A stretch of DNA of 64,000 nt from a virus (Duplodnaviria; Heunggongvirae; Uroviricota; Caudoviricetes): positions 76,837-140,836 of the IMG/VR virus record IMGVR_UViG_3300037424_001372. One strand, given 5' to 3'. The notes beneath the pieces are model-generated. The model searched no databases, was not told the origin of the DNA, and worked only from the letters and a program-made list of their open reading frames with translations. The position numbers and the translations under genes were made by a program. Below, piece after piece: positions 28,759 to 37,025 of this stretch. The first letter of the stretch is position 1, and every line of letters starts with the position of its first letter.

Positions 28759-29035
28759 AATTATCTTTTTTTATTTGATTTATTTGATGTTGAAGTTCTT
28801 GGTGTAATTCATTCATCAAAGTAGTGTGTTTTTTAATTAAATTTTTATCGGTAATATACACAGGATTAATACATTCAATTCTTATATCATTAGATGATAT
28901 CGGTAAAAAAATAATTTCACCTTGAATTGTAGTTGGTGTTATCTTTTTAGATAATTCTGTTATATACGATTCAATATCTTCTGTCCTAATACCATTCACA
29001 CCAACATATATTGCAATAATTTTATGTTCATTCAT
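28751..29035 (-). CDS. Hypothetical protein
   Basis: 94-aa ORF with a RIECINP motif; first gene of the operon. Confidence 0.6.
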   Translation of the reverse strand: MNEHKIIAIYVGVNGIRTEDIESYITELSKKITPTTIQGEIIFLPISSNDIRIECINPVYITDKNLIKKHTTLMNELHQELQHQINQIKKDNYE

Positions 29036-29133
29036 TCATTAATATAATTAATATATTTTTTATTCATTTAGTGTTATATATAATAATACGTATATAAATG
29101 AAAAATCTTGAGGGGTGTGAAATTTTTTTTACT

Positions 29134-29141
29134 GTATTTAT
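29134..29141 (+). promoter_or_regulatory. Putative late promoter GTATTTAT
   Basis: Upstream of 29178. Confidence 0.65.
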
Positions 29142-29177
29142 AAAAAAATAATAACATTCTATAAAAAATTATATATT

Positions 29178-30161
29178 ATGGAAAATAATATTCCTCAAAA
29201 AGAATCAATCGGTGATGTGTTAAAAAAATATAAACAAATGCAAAATAATGGCACATTACCTAAAACACCGCAACAAGAACATTTATCTGACAGTGATATT
29301 GATGATGTTGTTATACAACAAACTTTTCAAAATAAATCAACCGTGGTTTCAACACATATCCCATCGACATCAAATTCATTTAATCCTCAAGATTATGAAA
29401 GAGCAATGTCAAGAGAAACTGACCCAGATTTAATAACTTCATATGAAGTTATTAAATTACCTTCAAAGGGAATTTTTTATAAAAACGGACTAACCGAAGT
29501 TAATGTTGAATATATGACATCAATAGATGAAGATATCTTAACTACACCATCCTTAATAGAAAACGGTACTGTATTTGAAGTTTTAATGCAAAGAAAAATT
29601 AAAACTAAAGGAGTGAATCCTAATGATTTACTTGTTGGTGATAGAAATGCCATATTATTATTTTTACGTAGTTCAAGTTATGGTTCAGATTATCATGTAC
29701 AAGTTCCTGATCCAAGGACTAATATACCATTTAAAACAACAATAAATTTAACTAAATTAAAATATAGAAACATAACCGAATTACCTGATGAATCAGGATG
29801 TTTTATTGTAGAATTACCTATGCGTAAAAAAATAATAAAATTCAAATTACTTACTTATGGTGAAGAAATGATATTACAAAAAAAATCTGATGCAATTAAA
29901 GAAGCATATGGTCAAGAATTTAGTGAATTTAATACCTTAAAATTAAAATCACATATAATTTCTATTAATGAAAAAACCGATAGGTCTTATATTAATAAAT
30001 TTGTTGATGCAATGCCAGCATTAGATGCCTTAACCATCCGTAGAAAAATTGTCGAAGTTAGTCCAGATGTTGATATGAATTATGAATTCACTACTAAAGA
30101 TGAATTTAAATTCAATGCACAATTATCGATTGGTATAGATTTTTTTTTCCCAAACAACTAA
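29178..30161 (+). CDS. Baseplate hub assembly/tail assembly chaperone (T4 gp26-like)
   Basis: IKLPSKG..Y, YMTSIDEDIL, LLVGDRNAILLFLRSSSYG, ELP..K..IKFKLLT, C-terminal DFFFP; directly upstream of the tape measure gene. Confidence 0.75.
   Translation: MENNIPQKESIGDVLKKYKQMQNNGTLPKTPQQEHLSDSDIDDVVIQQTFQNKSTVVSTHIPSTSNSFNPQDYERAMSRETDPDLITSYEVIKLPSKGIFYKNGLTEVNVEYMTSIDEDILTTPSLIENGTVFEVLMQRKIKTKGVNPNDLLVGDRNAILLFLRSSSYGSDYHVQVPDPRTNIPFKTTINLTKLKYRNITELPDESGCFIVELPMRKKIIKFKLLTYGEEMILQKKSDAIKEAYGQEFSEFNTLKLKSHIISINEKTDRSYINKFVDAMPALDALTIRRKIVEVSPDVDMNYEFTTKDEFKFNAQLSIGIDFFFPNN
30140..30149 (+). other. Putative -1 programmed ribosomal frameshift site (T9C)
   Basis: GAT TTT TTT TTC CCA AAC AAC TAA. 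The -1 frame is open from the T run into the 30179 ORF. Confidence 0.6.
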
Positions 30162-30178
30162 CGGGGGAGTATAAAAAA

Positions 30179-30352
30179 ATGATTGATGAGGAAATATATA
30201 TTTTAACAAAACATGCTAAATTTCAAGCAGATTATGTAACTAAATTACCAATATATCGAAGACGACATTTTTTACGCTTATTAGAAAAAGAAAATGAAGA
30301 AATTCAAAAAATAAGAGATAGGGAAATTAATAAAAGCAGAAAACCGAGGTAA
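30179..30352 (+). CDS. Small tail chaperone partner (T4 gp51-like or 'T' extension), 57 aa, not in the ORF track
   Basis: MIDEEIYILTKHAKFQADYVTKLPIYRRRHFLRLLEKENEEIQKIRDREINKSRKPR*. The 'LP...R..F...L' motif is typical of these extensions. Confidence 0.75.
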   Translation: MIDEEIYILTKHAKFQADYVTKLPIYRRRHFLRLLEKENEEIQKIRDREINKSRKPR

Positions 30353-30371
30353 ATAAAAATCTCGGTTTTTT
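30340..30371 (+). terminator. Rho-independent terminator
   Basis: AAAACCGAG...CTCGGTTTTTT. Confidence 0.65.
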
Positions 30372-30379
30372 GTATTTAT
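30372..30379 (+). promoter_or_regulatory. Putative late promoter GTATTTAT
   Basis: 15 nt upstream of the tape measure ATG. Confidence 0.65.
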
Positions 30380-30394
30380 ATAATATATGTAATT

Positions 30395-32914
30395 ATGGCA
30401 TCAAATAGATTAAATGAATTAGAGAATGAAAGAAAAAGACTGAATGATATTCAAGAAAGTCTTAAAAATATTAATGATATTGATAGTAAAAGATTAATTA
30501 CTAGTCAACAAATTGCTAATTATCAAAAATTGATTAATGAAGCAATTAAAGACGAATCTTTAACTGTTAATGAAATTAACAAAAAAGTTATTGAATACGA
30601 TGCAGAATTAAAACAAATACTTGAAAAGGAAAAGGAACTCAATAAACAATTAGAAAGACAAATTGATAAGAAAAAGTTATTAGTTAATCTTACAAGAGAA
30701 TTGGGTAATCAATTAAAAATAGGTTGGAAATATCTTCAAGATCAAGATAAAATTATTAAATCAACTAATTTAAATCTTGGTTTATCGGGTGTTAAAGCAG
30801 ATGCAATGCGAAAATCGTTTGAAGATTCAGCAGTATTTGTTAGTAGACTGAGTGGTAATTTAGGTGATATTCAAACAATAATGACCACATTTTCCGAAGA
30901 AACTGGTCGTGCACGTGCTTTAACTGCCGAAATGGTTAGAGATGTTACTTTAATTGGTAAAGGAACTGGTTTGGGTATTGAACAAGCATCTAAATTAGGA
31001 GCACAATTTGAAATGATGGGAGTGGATACAAAAAAAACTGTTGAATTTGTTCAAGGAATTGTTGATACTAGTGAACGTATGGGTGTGAATACCACTAAAG
31101 TAATGAGAAGTATTAATGATAACTTTAAAAAATTAAATACATATACATTTCAACAAGGAACTAAAGGAATGTCACAAATGGCAAGTTATGCCGAAAAATT
31201 TAAAATTGATATTGGTCAAGCATTAAATGCTGTTGATGTTGCAAGAACTCTTGAAGGTGCTATTGATTTAACTGCTCAATTACAAGTAATGGGTGGTGAA
31301 TTTGCTAAAACAGACCCTTTTGAAATGTTATTTTTAAGTCGTAATGACCCTGCTAAATTTACTGAAAAAATCGGTGATATGACCAAAGGATTGGTAAGTT
31401 TTAGAAAAATGGCTGATGGTAGTTTTGAAAAATTTATTAGTCCTGCAGACCGTGATAGAATTGCGGCTGTTGCAAAATCAATGGGTATGGAAGCCTCTCA
31501 ATTAACAGACATTGCACAAAAACAAGCTGAAATACAAAAAATCAGACAGCAAACTGCCGGAATGGGATTAAGTAAAGAACAACAAGATGCTATTGAAGGT
31601 GCAGCTATTTTCGATAGTAAAACAGGTAAATTTCAAGTTAAATTAGGTGAAACATTAACTAATATAGGTAATTTAACTAAAGATCAAACAAAACAATTTA
31701 TTGCTGAAAAAAATAGTCTTGAGGAACGTGCAAAAAATGCACAAACATTTAATGAGACCCTGAACAATACTATTGAAATGTTAAAATCGTCATTATTACC
31801 TGTTTTAAGATTAATAAATAAAGTGGCAGAATTTACTGTTAAACCATTAGCCAATTTAGCTGAAAAAGGTTGGGGAGGCTTAGCGACTACTGCTGGAATA
31901 TTATTAGCTGCAGGGGTTGCATGGAAATTTGCAGCATTCACTTTTAATAATGCCATGACTAATTGGGCCAATAAAGATGGTGCTAGAAGAACTATTGGTG
32001 GAATGTTAGGTGGTGGAAGAAGTACCATTCCCGGTCAATCATTAGTTCCTGAAATAGGTAAGGGTAGTAGTGGTTTAGGTCAATTACGTGCTGGTCAAGG
32101 AGCATTAGCTGCTGGAAAAGGTGCTGGTTTAAGTGCATTAGGAAAAGGTGCCGGTGTTGGTGTTGCTGCTGCTGGTATTGGTGCTGGTATTGGTGCCGCT
32201 GCAGTAGGCATTGGTCAATTGGCTAAAGCAATTAAAGATATTGATATCGATAAATTAAAAGTGATGAATTATACTATAGGTACAATAGGACTTACAATGA
32301 CAGCTATTTTAGTACCAGCAATATTTGCTGTTGGTGCTGCAGGTACTGCAGGTTCAATTGGTTTATTAGCTGTTGGTGCTGCAGCATTAGGTGTTGGTGC
32401 AGGTATTGGGATTGCTGCATGGGGTATTGGTGAAATGGCCTCTGGTTTAGGCAATTTAATTGAAAAAGGAAAGGGTTCTGGAACAGAATTACTTAAATTA
32501 GCTGGTGGTATTGGGGCAATAAATTTAGCATTAGCTAGTTCAATGGGAGGTATTTTTGGTTTACCTGCTTTTGCAGCTACTATGGCAACAATCAGTAGTT
32601 TTGCTCCTGATATAAAAGGAGTTGGTGATGCTTTTGGTAATATTGCCGCTGTTTTAAGTGGTACTAAAGAGGATTGGATTGCTGTTGAAAATGCCGTTAA
32701 ATCAATTAGTCAAACTAACGTTAGTAATGGTAGTGTGTTTTCAGAACTAAGTAATTTACTTAAACAACCACTTAAAGTAACTTTTGATAATAGTAATGTT
32801 ACATTGAAGAATAACATCACATTAGAAATTGATAGAACTACATTTATGAATAAGATTTATGATTCTAAAATTGCTGTTCAATTACAAAATGAAACTAAAA
32901 CAAGAGGTATTTAA
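30395..32914 (+). CDS. Tail tape measure protein
   Basis: N-terminal coiled coil, helical A/G-rich body, hydrophobic G/A-rich segments; lies after the chaperone genes. Confidence 0.85.
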   Translation: MASNRLNELENERKRLNDIQESLKNINDIDSKRLITSQQIANYQKLINEAIKDESLTVNEINKKVIEYDAELKQILEKEKELNKQLERQIDKKKLLVNLTRELGNQLKIGWKYLQDQDKIIKSTNLNLGLSGVKADAMRKSFEDSAVFVSRLSGNLGDIQTIMTTFSEETGRARALTAEMVRDVTLIGKGTGLGIEQASKLGAQFEMMGVDTKKTVEFVQGIVDTSERMGVNTTKVMRSINDNFKKLNTYTFQQGTKGMSQMASYAEKFKIDIGQALNAVDVARTLEGAIDLTAQLQVMGGEFAKTDPFEMLFLSRNDPAKFTEKIGDMTKGLVSFRKMADGSFEKFISPADRDRIAAVAKSMGMEASQLTDIAQKQAEIQKIRQQTAGMGLSKEQQDAIEGAAIFDSKTGKFQVKLGETLTNIGNLTKDQTKQFIAEKNSLEERAKNAQTFNETLNNTIEMLKSSLLPVLRLINKVAEFTVKPLANLAEKGWGGLATTAGILLAAGVAWKFAAFTFNNAMTNWANKDGARRTIGGMLGGGRSTIPGQSLVPEIGKGSSGLGQLRAGQGALAAGKGAGLSALGKGAGVGVAAAGIGAGIGAAAVGIGQLAKAIKDIDIDKLKVMNYTIGTIGLTMTAILVPAIFAVGAAGTAGSIGLLAVGAAALGVGAGIGIAAWGIGEMASGLGNLIEKGKGSGTELLKLAGGIGAINLALASSMGGIFGLPAFAATMATISSFAPDIKGVGDAFGNIAAVLSGTKEDWIAVENAVKSISQTNVSNGSVFSELSNLLKQPLKVTFDNSNVTLKNNITLEIDRTTFMNKIYDSKIAVQLQNETKTRGI

Positions 32915-33317
32915 TGTTAAAAATTATTAAATTTTAATGTAATTTACATTAAAATCATAAAAACTGTTGTTTTAATGAAAAATAGTTTGTAACTTCGAAA
33001 CTGTTTTTCAACAGGTTTAAAAAACATTATTCAATTCTTCGAATTAAATATTCAAAATTACTAGTTTGTAATCAACTTCTTTGAATCTGATTAAAACTTG
33101 AATAAAAGGATAACTATATCTATTTCTAACCGAAATAGATATTTTTATTTTATAGTGTTCTATATTAAAATTATACATTGTAATTAGTACTTTAAGTTAG
33201 AAAAAAATTAACTTTTAAATCTTCAAATATAATATTGATTTTAATTTAATGATAGGTTTTTAATATTTTGAACCTAAATAATTAGTTATAATGGTTCCAT
33301 ATAAAACGAACATTTAA
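32915..33317. other. ORF-free region of about 400 bp rich in inverted repeats (candidate structured RNA or origin)
   Basis: 12-bp IR 32931-32955, 13-bp stem 32976-33010, 11-bp stem 33116-33142 and several shorter stems. Confidence 0.4.
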
Positions 33318-33325
33318 GTATTTAT
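33318..33325 (+). promoter_or_regulatory. Putative late promoter GTATTTAT
   Basis: 13 nt upstream of ATG 33339. Confidence 0.65.
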
Positions 33326-33338
33326 AAAAAAAGTTTAA

Positions 33339-36300
33339 ATGGCTGAAGTACCTTCAAGATTATCAGATGGAAATATAATATATTATGGTGATAATATACC
33401 TATCCAAGAGTATCGTGAAAAGATATATGCACGTAGTTTATATAGTTTAGATAATGAATATGGTAATACCAATAAATTTTCTTTAAGAAATAAAGGTAAT
33501 GTCGCTAGTGGAATTCAAAGTGTTTTAAATGTAGTACCTCAATATAATCGCATACAAACAAGCACTAATTTATTAGGAAATGTTTATGATGCATTTCGAG
33601 ATGAAGGTTCCCCATTATCAAAGATTGGTTTAATAATGTTAGGTAAACAATTAGCATATAATTCTGCTGCTAATTTAGCTACTAAATATTTACCAACAAT
33701 CGATTTAAGTCAGGTATTAAAAGGCAATCCTACTGATATTTTTAAAAAAAATATTGATAATACTATTACAATTAAAGATAGTTCAACTTCAACCTTTTTA
33801 GATAAGGTAGGTAAGACTGCTAGTAATATTTTTGGTTTTGATACATACAATGTTTTTGGAAATGCAAATCCATTTACTAAAAATCCTACCAATGTTGATT
33901 ACATTAAAAATACTGGTAATGCTCAATTAACTCGATTCTTTAAGTCAATTAACTTAAATCCATATAAATCAATTAATACTTCAGATAATTCTGATTATAC
34001 CACAGTATTACGTGAATATAGTAATAATGTGGGCGTTAATTTATTAGATGGTTCTGATATCATTAATAATAAAAAGTTTTTTATTTTTGACAATAAGAAA
34101 CAAAAACCTTATTTTAGTAGAAGTTTAACTATCAATCCTATTGAGTCTAATGCTATTGCAAATTCAAATATGGTTTCATCATATTTTAATTCTGGTTTAG
34201 GTGAAATTCAGGAATATGGTCCTAGTTACCAATTCGTTATTGAAAATTTTGGCGAAATTAAAAAATATCAAGGGAAAACTAATATTTTAAATTATGTTAG
34301 TGATGAACCAAATTTATCTTATGATGATAAAAATGATAAATTAGTATGGGGTCGTGATGGTGTTGGAGTACAAGCCGAAACATATATTAAAGATTTACGT
34401 GGTGATTACGATAGTATTGATCTTAATCAAGATAATGGTATATTAGATAGTGGCAATAATGGTGCTAAAACAGGTTTACTTAATTACACCAAAAACTTAT
34501 TAAATGCTAGTGAAGGTAATTTTGTTGATATAACTCGTAAAGCATTTAAGGAAGGTACAAATTATATTGGATTTAATGGTTCTCCATTGTGGAAATCCAA
34601 TAATAGTAAATATGCTCTTGAGACTGGTTATAATGTTGATGAAGTTGGTATTAGACAACATACAGTACTAGACCCATATAATAATTTTATTAAAACAATT
34701 AGATTTAAAGGTAATTATGTTTATGACGGCAGTGAAAATTCTGTGATAAATAAAACTATTTTACCTAAAATCCATCCAATTAGAACCGATGATGGTAAAA
34801 TCGATAATAGAAATTTAATATTTAGTCTTGAAAATCTTGCTGTCGATACAATTAAAAAAGATACTTATGCAATATTGGCCGATGAATATGGTACAGCGAT
34901 TCCATTAAGCGAAGCAGGTCCTTTTGGAGGTAGATTAATGTGGTTTCCTCCATATAACATTACTTTAAATGAAACTGCTTCTGCAAAATATGATTCCACT
35001 GTTATGATTGGTCGTAGTGAACCAATGTATAATTATATGAATTCTGAAAGAACTGCCACACTAACATTTTCATTATTAGTTGATTATCCCGAACAATTAA
35101 GAAATTTAAAATATCAAGGCAATAATAAAAATAAAATAATTGCAGATTTTTTTGCTTACGGTGGTGATAATATCCCAATCGAATCAAAAATAGATGATAT
35201 TGAATTACGAATAACCAATCTGAAAGCTCAAATTGATAATTATGGTACCCCTGTCATTCAAACAGAACCACCGGCACAAATACTTCCAGATGTGACAATA
35301 TTTTACCCTAATGATGAACCACATGATTATAATGTTGATTCTATTATAGATAAAATGTATAATGATTATCATTATGAAATTATTGATGGCTTAAATTCCG
35401 GTGTTAATGGTGGTGATGGTAATGGTTTTGGATTAAATAATAGTATGTATTTTGTTTCAGGACTAACAGGGACTATTGTTGAAGGTAAACAAGTTTGGAC
35501 TTTAGTCGATAATAGTGTTTCACAATATAACAGTATTGATACTTATGGTCAAGATGATAATTTTTGTAAATTAAATGAAAATTTAAAGAATCTTTTTAGT
35601 GACGAAAATACTAGAAAATATTATTCAATATACATAAGGTCAACGTCATCTAAATTATATTTAGGTGATAATGAAGATAAATATAATAAAGAGTTAGGTA
35701 ATAGACGAAATTTAGCTGCAAAAAATCTTATTGTTAATAAATTAGTTAAGATGTTTGGTATGTCAGTGGCTAATGAATTGGAATTAAATAATATTGTGTT
35801 ATATAATAGTATTGGTAGTGTCGATAGTGGTACTGTTGGTGCTAAATCTGAAAATATGCATTTAAGAGAAGTTAAAGAAGAAAGGAAAACTGTTATAAGT
35901 TTTGGTCGAAATAAAGTTCCAATTGATAAGAAAGAAAATAATTTAACTACTAAGGAAAAACAAGAAATTGCTTTAATTAATGCTGATATCGATAAATTAA
36001 CCATCCAGTTAAATAAATTAAAAAAGAATTTAACTGAATTTGTGTTTAATGAAAGAGATAATTATAAAGGTAGTTTAAGTGGATTTGAATCTATTAGCAA
36101 TAATCAATATAGACCTGTTTTTCATAGTCAAACTCCTGAAGATTTTCATAGAAGATTAACATTTTTACATCAATGTACCAGACAAGGACCTGCTAAAAGA
36201 TATAATATTGTTGATACTAATGGTCAATTAAGAGCAAGAAATAGTGTTTTTGGCAAACAACCAATATGTATTTTAAGAGTTGGCGATTTTTGGCACACTA

Positions 36301-36659
36301 AAGTAATTATTGAAAACGTAACATTTGATTATAATGAAACAACGTGGGATTTAAACCCCGAAGGTCATGGATTACAACCAATGTTAGTTAATATAACCTT
36401 ACAAATGAAAATAATTGGTGGTCAATCATTGAAAGGTCCTATCGATGCACTTCAAAATGCTGCAACATTTAATTATTATGCCAATTCGACATTTAATTCT
36501 AAAGAAGATATTTATAAAAGAGCTACTGATGTAGAATCAAAACAAAATAGTTATTATTTTGGTATTGATACTAAATATGATGAAAATGGTAATGTAACAA
36601 CTGGAATAATGGGTGAAAGAAACAAATCATTAATAAAATCAATAGGAGGGACCGAATAA
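33339..36659 (+). CDS. Baseplate/tail-tube initiator protein with an inserted OmpA-like domain
   Basis: Split tube-like fold (WFPPY...IGRSEPMYNYMNSERTATLTFSLLVD ... PICILRVGDFWHTKVIIENVTFDY..TWD...PM..NITL) flanking 'YNKELGNRRNLAAKNLI'. Confidence 0.6.
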   Translation: MAEVPSRLSDGNIIYYGDNIPIQEYREKIYARSLYSLDNEYGNTNKFSLRNKGNVASGIQSVLNVVPQYNRIQTSTNLLGNVYDAFRDEGSPLSKIGLIMLGKQLAYNSAANLATKYLPTIDLSQVLKGNPTDIFKKNIDNTITIKDSSTSTFLDKVGKTASNIFGFDTYNVFGNANPFTKNPTNVDYIKNTGNAQLTRFFKSINLNPYKSINTSDNSDYTTVLREYSNNVGVNLLDGSDIINNKKFFIFDNKKQKPYFSRSLTINPIESNAIANSNMVSSYFNSGLGEIQEYGPSYQFVIENFGEIKKYQGKTNILNYVSDEPNLSYDDKNDKLVWGRDGVGVQAETYIKDLRGDYDSIDLNQDNGILDSGNNGAKTGLLNYTKNLLNASEGNFVDITRKAFKEGTNYIGFNGSPLWKSNNSKYALETGYNVDEVGIRQHTVLDPYNNFIKTIRFKGNYVYDGSENSVINKTILPKIHPIRTDDGKIDNRNLIFSLENLAVDTIKKDTYAILADEYGTAIPLSEAGPFGGRLMWFPPYNITLNETASAKYDSTVMIGRSEPMYNYMNSERTATLTFSLLVDYPEQLRNLKYQGNNKNKIIADFFAYGGDNIPIESKIDDIELRITNLKAQIDNYGTPVIQTEPPAQILPDVTIFYPNDEPHDYNVDSIIDKMYNDYHYEIIDGLNSGVNGGDGNGFGLNNSMYFVSGLTGTIVEGKQVWTLVDNSVSQYNSIDTYGQDDNFCKLNENLKNLFSDENTRKYYSIYIRSTSSKLYLGDNEDKYNKELGNRRNLAAKNLIVNKLVKMFGMSVANELELNNIVLYNSIGSVDSGTVGAKSENMHLREVKEERKTVISFGRNKVPIDKKENNLTTKEKQEIALINADIDKLTIQLNKLKKNLTEFVFNERDNYKGSLSGFESISNNQYRPVFHSQTPEDFHRRLTFLHQCTRQGPAKRYNIVDTNGQLRARNSVFGKQPICILRVGDFWHTKVIIENVTFDYNETTWDLNPEGHGLQPMLVNITLQMKIIGGQSLKGPIDALQNAATFNYYANSTFNSKEDIYKRATDVESKQNSYYFGIDTKYDENGNVTTGIMGERNKSLIKSIGGTE

Positions 36660-36970
36660 TGCCTTATCAAGATTATAATAGATACGAATTATTAAAAAAT
36701 TCAAACGGTACTACTGATGCAATGCCGTTTGTAAAATTACCTGAAAATCCTAGTGATAAATTTGAATATTGGAATACTAATTTTAGTAGATTGGATATTT
36801 TATCTCAAAAATATTATGGTAATCCTTTTTACGATTTTTTAATTCTTTATGGAAATAATGTTTATTTAAGTGAATTTGATATACCTGATGGTACATTGAT
36901 AAAAATACCATTTCCACTTTCTAAAGCAAAGGCAGATTATGAGCAGATTTTAATGTCATTTAAAACTTAA
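36659..36970 (+). CDS. LysM-like baseplate wedge protein (gp53/tail X-like)
   Basis: RLDILSQKYYGNP....IL..N......IPDGTLIKIP. Confidence 0.75.
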   Translation: MPYQDYNRYELLKNSNGTTDAMPFVKLPENPSDKFEYWNTNFSRLDILSQKYYGNPFYDFLILYGNNVYLSEFDIPDGTLIKIPFPLSKAKADYEQILMSFKT

Positions 36971-36976
36971 TAAAAA

Positions 36977-37008
36977 TTTGATTTTTTCATTTTTAATGTA
37001 TTTATTTG
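36977..37008 (+). promoter_or_regulatory. Late motif GTATTTAT overlapping a near-consensus host promoter
   Basis: TTTG 36977-36980, GTATTTAT 36998-37005, TTTATTTG 37001-37008 (one mismatch to TAnnTTTG). Confidence 0.5.
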
Positions 37009-37025
37009 TAGCAAATATTTTATAG

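Noticed and set aside
15783-36970. Bacterial contractile injection system (eCIS/T6SS) rather than a phage
   Set aside because: Neck proteins, a sigma factor, probable head proteins and a phage replication module are interleaved with the tail genes.
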